From NCBI RefSeq assembly GCF_006345805.1, contig NW_021828464.1, positions 1 to 8,278 of the forward strand: a DNA stretch of 8,278 nt, read 5' to 3'. A program made the position numbers and the translations under genes. This DNA is from Octopus sinensis. Lineage: Eukaryota. Under the pieces are notes generated by a model, which saw only the letters and a program-made list of their open reading frames with translations, made no database searches and had not been told where the DNA came from. This document shows positions 1 through 6,369 of the stretch, piece by piece; position 1 is the first letter of the stretch; the number at the start of each line of letters is the position of its first letter.

Positions 1-666
1 TTAGTGGGGCAAATTAATCTGACCTGTGTGTTTCCAAGAAAATTCTCTTTATGATCCTTTAGTGTAATTCTCGGTCTAGATGGGGTGTAGGGTTCCGTTT
101 TTGTCTTCTAGGTAGTAGTCAAATATGATTTCTCTGATCTCCAGGTTCAGTTTTCTAAGTGTACTAGAAGGTACTACTTTGTATTTCTTGTTATTTCCTT
201 GTGTAGAAGATCATGATATGCAGTAATGTCAATGTTGTAGATGTTGTTGGTTTTGTCAGAATGTGTTAGAATGCCGCTCTTACCTTTGAGAGTTCTAATT
301 AAGTCTTTCAATTCTCTTTGGTGCTGGTTATATCTTAAAGGATGATTTCTAAATTTTATGTTTTTTACAGTCTCCCATAGTTCTTGTTCAAAATTGTCTA
401 GATGTATATTTGGTGGAGGAGACTTCCTAGATTTAATGTAGTGCCTGTTAGTTTTAATATTTCTTCATAGGTGCTTCCAATTCTATTACGGATCGTTTCC
501 TCAGTGTGTGGCTGGTTTATTTTTTATTATAGTTCTCATGGTGGAAAATCCTCCATCTGATCCTGTGGATGAATTCATTCATTCTATAAATTAGTTTCTT
601 AGTGTAATGGTCTTTGGTAGGGATAGGTACATCCTTCATTGATGAATTGATCAGTATTTTCTCCAT
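1..666 (-). pseudogene. Disrupted PLE reverse transcriptase ORF, N-terminal region
   Basis: ATG at 666-664 gives MEKILINSSMKDVPIPTKDHYTKKLIYRMNEFIHRIRWRIFH, then stops and shifts. It resumes as HYIKSRKSPPPNIHLDNFEQELWETVKNIKFRNHPLRYNQHQRELKDLIRTLKGKSGILTHSDKTNNIYNID. After two further frameshifts it reads RITLKDHKENFLGNTQVRLICPT. The motifs K-x-x-PIP, R(M/I)RW, KS-x-K-x-PP, DKTNN-x-Y and TLKDHKENF...RLIxP are typical of this PLE group. In-frame stops and frameshifts indicate a dead copy. Confidence 0.85.
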
Positions 667-1164
667 TCTTCTAGCAGTAATGATCAAAGGAACAAATATA
701 CTATACTAGGGTGTATTCACATGCACTATTAATATTTAAGTCAATAAATGGATGCTTATATTACACCAGTTGAGCAATTCAGGTTCTTCAAAGATAAATT
801 TAGGTTATAAAATGAGATAGGGGTTGAAAATTCAACCCACCATGGGATAATATATATCCAATATACTGCTAGATAGGTACCCAACAAAATTAATACATAG
901 ATGTTAAAAATTGTCAAACAATCAGTTCATCTTTTGCATTATATGGGTAAAGGTAATAATATTACCGTAAATTAATACTACAAAATTAGAGAATGGAGAA
1001 ATATACTTAAATCAGTAAAACATCAACTATCCGATGATACTCAATCCATACTTTAATACACCATTACATATGAGTAAAGGCAATACATAAAATGAAATGA
1101 GATATACAGTAATAGTAACAAGATAAAGAGATATAGTAAAAAATTTTCAAATATAATATGCAAA

Positions 1165-1290
1165 TAAATCAAAACTGACAGCTGTTTCGGCAGTGAGGAC
1201 AGTCATACCTCATTTAACCTATAAGCCATAAAGGCAGGTATAAATGAGGCATTAACAAGGATGCCCCACGGCCTCTTCAGAGAATTAAAT
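1165..1290 (-). ncRNA. Type I hammerhead ribozyme motif (PLE-type, minimal palindromic stem III, long stem II)
   Basis: The minus strand reads UCU-CUGAAGA(1280-1274)-GGC...GCC-GAAA(1188-1185)-C-AGCU-G-UC^AG. All core nucleotides are present. Stem II is closed by GGC/GCC and extended by further helices, including a 12-bp helix 1252-1241/1216-1205. Stem III is 2 bp with a palindromic AGCU loop. Predicted cleavage is after GUC, between 1177 and 1176. Stem I is weak: 2 bp, a U.U/U.U loop, then 4 bp. Confidence 0.75.
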
Positions 1291-1618
1291 TAAATTTGTT
1301 ATAATAGTGAAAAATATATACAATCATATACATATAAATAAAAAATATAATGTAAAATATAAAAACTTATACATCATAAGCTACACTTATATAATATAAT
1401 ACACATTTGTAAAAAAGGAAGGTAAACAGAACAAAATAAACAAAATTATATATAGTGTATATATTAATATCAATAAGTACCGATATTATACATATTTGGC
1501 TAATAGTTTTTTTTTATATATATATAAAAAAAGGCTAACATATATGGAGATGAAAAATAATAATTAAATCCGTGGTACAGTTCAAAGATTCTAAAGCTAT
1601 AAAAGTTAATAAAATTAC

Positions 1619-1695
1619 TATTAATAAATAATAATATAATAAATAATATAATAATAATAATATAATAATAATAATAATAAAATATAATAAAAAAT
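1619..1695. repeat. Imperfect (AAT)n microsatellite
   Basis: Directly visible; boundaries approximate. Confidence 0.85.
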
Positions 1696-2014
1696 AGATA
1701 CAGTTAAGTTAGCACCAAGTCCATCCTTACAAGATCGAAATAACTATGAGTTAAGAAATGCTGACCACTAGTAAAGAAAATAAGATTAATTCGATTGGCT
1801 ATTGGTTTGAAATTTAAATCACAAAAGAAAATTAAACGGTTGGTTAGTCAGGGAACGACCAATATTCACACACGCATCTACAGATCAATCGCACATACAC
1901 CATAGTAATATGTATATGCATACACTATTATACACATACATAATTACAAGTAACAACTAGCACATAGATAACAAAAAGGAAGAACTATGCTACAATTTAG
2001 TCCTTCAAAATTAT

Positions 2015-2130
2015 AATTATATATATATATATATATACATATCATCATCATATCATCGTTAATGGAAAGTGGACGTTAAACGATAATGATGATGATGATG
2101 ATGATGATATATATATATTATAATATATAC

Positions 2131-2161
<31 letters not shown>

Positions 2162-2180
2162 TAAATATATATACATTATG

Positions 2181-2226
<46 letters not shown>

Positions 2227-2270
2227 ATATATATTATATTATATATATATATATATATAATTATATATAT
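2015..2270. repeat. Compound (TA)n / (ATC)n / (GAT)n / (TA)n microsatellite with a short unique core at 2052-2087
   Basis: Directly visible. It explains ORF 2086..2316. Confidence 0.9.
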
Positions 2271-2282
2271 GTTTGGTTGCCC

Positions 2283-2330
2283 AAATGGCCGCATTCCAAT
2301 GACTGAAACAATTTAAAGATAAAAAGATAG
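2283..2330 (+). mobile_element. 3'-end remnant of the tRNA-derived SINE family
   Basis: atggccgcattccaatgactgaaacaatttaaagataaaaagat matches the 3' end of the copies at 4939-4980 (atggccgcagtcaaatgactgaaacaagtaaaagag) and 8223-8253. Confidence 0.7.
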
Positions 2331-2352
2331 TAAAAAAAAAGAAAGAACCTAC

Positions 2353-2530
2353 CTGCTGCTAATGCCCAGTCCAGTATTGAATTGGCCTTACTATCTTCCA
2401 TATTACCAGAACATACTCCGTGCTTAACGCGACCGTCAAGGCCGATAACTCCATTGTTGGTTTTTACACCAGTCAGGAACGCCGTTGCCGTGGCCGCTGA
2501 GTCGGGAGTTGTTTTGTCCTCGCTGTAAGT
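2353..2530 (-). CDS. ALPL: Alkaline phosphatase, internal exon containing the catalytic serine (178 nt, phase 0 to phase 1)
   Basis: Translates without stops as TYSEDKTTPDSAATATAFLTGVKTNNGVIGLDGRVKHGVCSGNMEDSKANSILDWALAA(G). This is the alkaline phosphatase active-site motif D-S-A-x-T-A-T-A, with Ser TCA at 2500-2498. The acceptor is tttcttttatatatttcgtcAG (AG 2532-2531) and the donor is G|GTAGGT (GT 2352-2351). The exon is not in the ORF track. The symbol denotes the family (ALPL-like); orthology is not established. Confidence 0.95.
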
Positions 2531-2603
2531 CTGACGAAATATATAAAAGAAATAAAGCTTGAACTGTAGAATAACACATTCGTCTGCAGCCGATGGTCGC
2601 TTC

Positions 2604-2604
<1 letters not shown>

Positions 2605-2682
<78 letters not shown>

Positions 2683-2686
2683 CTAC

Positions 2687-2727
<41 letters not shown>

Positions 2728-2800
2728 ATATATATATATATATATATAATATATATATATATAGATATATAATATATATATATATATATATAATATATAA
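2605..2800. repeat. Compound (TATC)n-(CT)n-(TA)n microsatellite
   Basis: Directly visible. It explains ORF 2559..2924. Confidence 0.95.
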
Positions 2801-3228
2801 TTTACTCTTTTACTCTTTACTCTTTTACACTCTTTACTCTTTTACTTGTTTCAGTCATTTGACTGCGGCATGCTGGAGGACCGCTTTAATCGAGCAAATA
2901 GACCCCGGGACTTATTCTTTGTAAGCCCAGTACTTATTCTATCGGTCTCTTTTGCCGAACCGCTAAGTGACGGGGACATAAACACACCAGCATCGGTTGT
3001 CAACAAGCATGTTAGGGGACAACACAGACACAACAAACATACATGCACATACATATATATATATACAATATACGACGGGCTTCTTTCAGTTTCCGTTTAC
3101 CAAATCCACACACAAGGCTTTGGTCGGCCCGAGGCTATAGTAGAAGACACTTGCCCAAGGTGCCACGCAGTGGGATTGAACCCGGTACCATGTGGTTGGT
3201 AAACAAGCTACTTACCACACAGCCACAG
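2801..3228 (-). mobile_element. Near full-length tRNA-derived SINE (octopus OR-like, CORE-type central domain)
   Basis: The minus strand has an A box TGGCTGTGTGG (3225-3215), a B box GGTTCAATCC (3182-3173), the CORE-like CCTTGGGCAAGTGTCTT, an internal (TA)/(TG) tract, and a (GAGTAAA)n-like tail at 2850-2801. It is homologous to the plus-strand copy at 4556-4998. Confidence 0.9.
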
Positions 3229-3248
3229 TATATATATATATATATATA
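3229..3248. repeat. (TA)n microsatellite
   Basis: Directly visible. Confidence 0.9.
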
Positions 3249-3289
3249 CTAAGACAAAAGAACCCTCATAATTTATCTCTATTCAGTGG

Positions 3290-3380
3290 TGCATTTCATC
3301 CGTCTTATGTTCTGAGTTCAAATCCAGCCGAGGCTCACTTTGTCATTCATCTTTCGGGGTCGGGTCGATAAAATAAATAT
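3290..3380 (+). mobile_element. Fragment of a second tRNA-derived SINE family
   Basis: gcatttcatccgtcttatgttctgagttcaaatccagccgagg...ctttcggggtcg...gataaaataa matches the units at 7008-7680 and 7750-7960, including the B-box-like GAGTTCAAAT. Confidence 0.8.
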
Positions 3381-3515
3381 GATAAAAAATCTATTATGAG
3401 ATGCGTACCGTAGATGGCAGCAGCAGCAAAAAGCAAAGCATTCAATGAAGAACTCTCTGATGGAATTAAGGCAAGTGTCAGGGAGATTCGCCAGCCCCTA
3501 GCCTGATAACGTTAC

Positions 3516-3736
3516 CTTGATTAAAGCTGTGTGAGGGAAACGGTCAAAGGCTAGCTTGAAAGCCTCGCCGTTCTTTTTCTGTTGCTGCCCCTTGTATATC
3601 CGTCCGGCAGTTATTGTGCTGATCCCCATTCCGTCGCCCAGGAACAGAATCACGTTCTTGGCCACATTCTCATTCGTCTTCGTAGTCAACACCACGTCTA
3701 ATTCGTTCGCCGCCACCTTCAACCATCCAGTTTTAT
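3516..3736 (-). CDS. ALPL: Alkaline phosphatase, internal exon containing the GDG metal-binding motif (221 nt, phase 1 to phase 0)
   Basis: Translates as (D)KTGWLKVAANELDVVLTTKTNENVAKNVILFLGDGMGISTITAGRIYKGQQQKKNGEAFKLAFDRFPHTALIK. AKNVILFLGDGMG is the alkaline phosphatase signature, with the metal-ligand Asp at 3635-3633. The acceptor is ctgctgttgttttttccAG (AG 3738-3737) and the donor is AAG|GTAACG (GT 3515-3514). It splices in frame to exon 2530-2353 as ALIK|TYSED. Confidence 0.95.
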
Positions 3737-3756
3737 CTGGAAAAAACAACAGCAGT

Positions 3757-3790
3757 TATGATGATGATGATGATAAGGATGATGATGATG

Positions 3791-3835
<45 letters not shown>

Positions 3836-3846
3836 TAATAATGATA

Positions 3847-3882
<36 letters not shown>

Positions 3883-3901
3883 TAATAATAATAATAATAA
3901 C

Positions 3902-3974
<73 letters not shown>

Positions 3975-4012
3975 TAATAATAATAATAACAATAATAATA
4001 ATAATAATGATA

Positions 4013-4045
<33 letters not shown>

Positions 4046-4093
4046 TAATAATAATAATAATAATAATAATAACAATAATAATAAAATAATAAC

Positions 4094-4164
<71 letters not shown>

Positions 4165-4229
4165 TAATAATAATAATAATATAATAATAATATAATGATA
4201 ATTATAATAATAACAACAACAACAACAAA
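3757..4229. repeat. Compound (GAT)n/(AAT)n/(AAC)n microsatellite, about 470 nt
   Basis: Directly visible. It explains ORFs 3719..4075, 3733..4095, 3756..4247 and the tail of 3556..3885. Confidence 0.95.
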
Positions 4230-4244
4230 TGATAAAGCAAAATA

Positions 4245-4731
4245 CAAACCGGTTCTTCCGTCACTCGGATCACCAAGAACCGCGTACTCGAATGAAGAAC
4301 CAGATTGGGTACGAATATCTAACCAACAAAAACCCGAAAATTAAAGAAAAGATAAATAAAAACCATATTTAACATCGATACCGCCATAGAAACGATCAAG
4401 CAAAAGATATGTGCTAAAGCTGCCCGCACAGCAAGGTATGAAAAGCGCGTTAGATTCTTCAAGGACAACAACATGTTAAAAAATAACCTAAAAAATCTTT
4501 ATAGGAAGATAGAGAAAAATACGTGAACGAGATCTCGTTCAGAGATTTATTATTGCTTGCAGACAGTGGCTGTGTGGTAAGTAACTTGCTAACCAACCAC
4601 ATGGCTCTGGGTTCAATCCCACTGCGTGGCATCTTGGGCAAGTGTCTTCTGCTATAGCCCCGGGCCGACCAATGCCTTGTGAGTGGATTTGGTAGACGGA
4701 AACTGAAAGAAGCCTGTCGTATATATGTATG

Positions 4732-4768
<37 letters not shown>

Positions 4769-5465
4769 GTTTGTGTGTCTGTGTTTGTCCCCCCTAGCAT
4801 TGCTTGACAACAGATGCTGGTGTGTGTTTACGTCCCCGTCACTTAGCGGTTTCGGCAAAAGAGACCGATAGAAAAGTACTGGGCTTACCAAAGAATAAGT
4901 CCCGGGGCTATTTGCTCGACTAAAGGCGGTGCTCCAGCATGGCCGCAGTCAAATGACTGAAACAAGTAAAAGAGTAAAAGAGAAAAGAGTAAAGAGTGAG
5001 AGAAAATACCAGTTACAGTAAAGTCTGTCTCATCAGAAGAAGAAGTAGTGAAGATTTGGAATAAAATTTGGGCAGAAGAAAACACACAATGAAAAGGCAC
5101 TTTGGATTGACAGAATATCAACAGAATCCTTAGAAGAGCAAAAGTGTGGTGGTGGGAGAGTATCAAGGTAGAGGATGTAAGATCTGCTCTCAGGGGGTCA
5201 AGCAAATAGAAGTCTGCAGGAAAGGATAAAATTCCTAACTTCTGGTTGAATGCCTTTCCAGAGAGCCGTGAACTGTAAACAAAACTTTGCAACAATGTTT
5301 TGCAACAACCTAGAATGATTTCCTCTTGACTTGTTAATGGTGTAACTTTCCCACTTCCAAATAAAATGAAGAAACAAATGAACCCCAAAAATTATAAAAA
5401 TCATAACCTGCTTAACAACAACAACAACAATGTATAAAACGCTATTATATGAACGAATTTCTAAA
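4245..5465 (+). mobile_element. Decayed non-LTR retrotransposon fragment (R4/Dong-like, R2 superfamily), interrupted by a SINE at 4523-4998
   Basis: 4371-4520 translates as NIDTAIETIKQKICAKAARTARYEKRVRFFKDNNMLKNNLKNLYRKIEK. From 5003 it continues KIPVTVKSVSSEEEVVKIWNKIWAEE..HNEKALWI..WESIKVEDVRSALRGSSK*KSAGKDKIPNFWLNAF..*LVNGVTFPLP..NYK..ITCLTTTTTMYKTLL. These are the pre-RT and first RT motifs of restriction-like-endonuclease LINEs (KS.G.D.IPNFWL; NY(R/K)PITCL..MYK). Stops and frameshifts are present. The clade assignment is from recall. Confidence 0.75.
4556..4998 (+). mobile_element. Near full-length tRNA-derived SINE (same family as 2801-3228) with target-site duplication
   Basis: A box TGGCTGTGTGG 4567-4577, B box GGTTCAATCC 4610-4619, CORE-like cttgggcaagtgtctt, an internal (TA)n(TG)n tract and a (GAGTAAA)n tail. 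It is flanked by AGAGAAAAATAC (4511-4522) and AGAGAAAATAC (4999-5009). Confidence 0.9.
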
Positions 5466-5518
5466 ACCACAAACTTTCCCCTTCACAAACTTTCGGTTTT
5501 ATTTCAACATCTCTTAAC

Positions 5519-5572
5519 CTTTACTTTCCCCGGAGCGCTGGGTGTGTTCCAGTAAGTGATGCATCAAACATG
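5519..5572 (-). CDS. Candidate upstream micro-exon of the alkaline phosphatase gene (speculative)
   Basis: Unique island between the LINE and a microsatellite. tatttactttaaatcAG|CA TGT TTG ATG CAT CAC TTA CTG GAA CAC ACC CAG CGC TCC GGG GAA AGT AAA G|GTTAAG is 54 nt and ends in phase 1, which is compatible with the exon at 3736 (SGESK-D-KTGW). The donor is weak and I recognise no homology. Confidence 0.25.
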
Positions 5573-5588
5573 CTGATTTAAAGTAAAT

Positions 5589-5997
5589 AACAACGACGAC
5601 GACAATGACGATGACGATGACGATGATGATGATGATGATGATGATGATGATAATGATGATGATGACGATGATGATGATGATGGTGATAATGATGGTGACG
5701 ATGATGATGATGATGATGACGATGACGATGATGATGATAATGATGATGACGACGACGACGACGATGATGATGATGATGATGATGACGATGATGATGATGA
5801 TGATGATGATGATGGTGACGATGATGATGATGATGATGATGACGACGATGATGATGATAATGATGATGACGACGACGACGACGACGACGACGACGATGAT
5901 GATGATGATGATGATGATGATGACGATGATGATGATTATGGTGATAATGATGATGATGATGATGATGATGATGACGATGATGATGATGATGGTGATA

Positions 5998-6034
<37 letters not shown>

Positions 6035-6145
6035 GATGACGATGATGATGATGATGGTGATAATGATGGTGACGATGATGATGATGATGATGACGATGAT
6101 GATGATGATGATGATGACGATGACGATGATGATGATGATGATGAT
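5589..6145. repeat. (GAT/GAC)n microsatellite, about 555 nt, with GGT/AAT variants
   Basis: Directly visible. It explains ORFs 5514..6149 and 5605..6039. Confidence 0.95.
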
Positions 6146-6369
6146 TCATTGTGTAGGGAAGTGTTTGTGACCTACAAGAATGCCGGTTTCTTACTGCTTT
6201 AAATTAGGTTCGCTCAGTCGTTGATCTCAACAATCACGTGTCTGGACCCTTATGAGATGATCTTACTCTCCCCCCCCCCACCGTCATCGCAATGTCCTGA
6301 TTCCATTAGAAAAGACCCACTGCATGCACTTGGACGTCGTCGAAATGCTCGACCAAAGATAATGTAGAT

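Larger units (their letters stand above)
1..1290 (-). mobile_element. Decayed Penelope-like retroelement (PLE; probably Naiad-type), 5' part: hammerhead-bearing leader, about 500 nt UTR and start of ORF; continues past the left edge
   Basis: The minus-strand translation from ATG 666 matches the N-terminal, pre-RT region of invertebrate PLE ORFs as I recall them. A PLE-type hammerhead motif lies on the same strand at 1177-1280. The left boundary is outside the window and the right boundary is approximate. The clade assignment is from recall only. Confidence 0.75.

Noticed and set aside
1509-1532. 24-bp perfect palindrome T7(AT)5A7
   Set aside because: It is low complexity and expected by chance in this composition.
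1793-1863. Three CCAAT/ATTGG motifs upstream of the PLE hammerhead as a promoter
   Set aside because: These are short motifs with no other supporting evidence and cannot be distinguished from chance.
2086-2316. ORF 2086..2316 (+), poly-M/IY
   Set aside because: It is a translation of (GAT)n and (TA)n microsatellites plus a SINE remnant.
3160-3228. tRNA-like sequences (also 4560-4625, 6965-7045 and 7750-7835)
   Set aside because: They have A/B boxes but no complete cloverleaf and continue into SINE bodies, so they are SINE heads and not tRNA genes.
2559-3252. ORFs 2559..2924, 2846..3202, 2851..3054 and 3043..3252
   Set aside because: They lie in microsatellites and the SINE at 2801-3228. 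Similar peptides recur from the second copy (4459..4800, 4652..4891), which shows repeat origin.
3409-3507. Small plus-strand ORF MAAAAKSKAFNEELSDGIKASVREIRQPLA
   Set aside because: It is only 30 codons, antisense within an intron, with no recognisable motif or supporting signals.
3498-3749. ORF 3498..3749 as a complete 83-aa protein
   Set aside because: MFFP and VTLSG are read through intron sequence. The real unit is the exon 3736-3516, bounded by AG and GT.
3556-4247. ORFs 3556..3885, 3719..4075, 3733..4095 and 3756..4247
   Set aside because: These are antisense shadows of the exon or homopolymeric translations of triplet repeats.
4885-5470. ORFs 4885..5388 and 5198..5470 (minus)
   Set aside because: They are antisense to the decayed LINE, whose plus-strand frames carry the recognisable RT motifs.
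5577-6034. Stop-free poly-Asp frame (GAT/GAC) on the plus strand, suggestive of an acidic biomineral protein
   Set aside because: There is no start codon or splice acceptor (TGA at 5574 precedes it), it is antisense to the host gene, and similar GAT tracts occur throughout the window as microsatellites.
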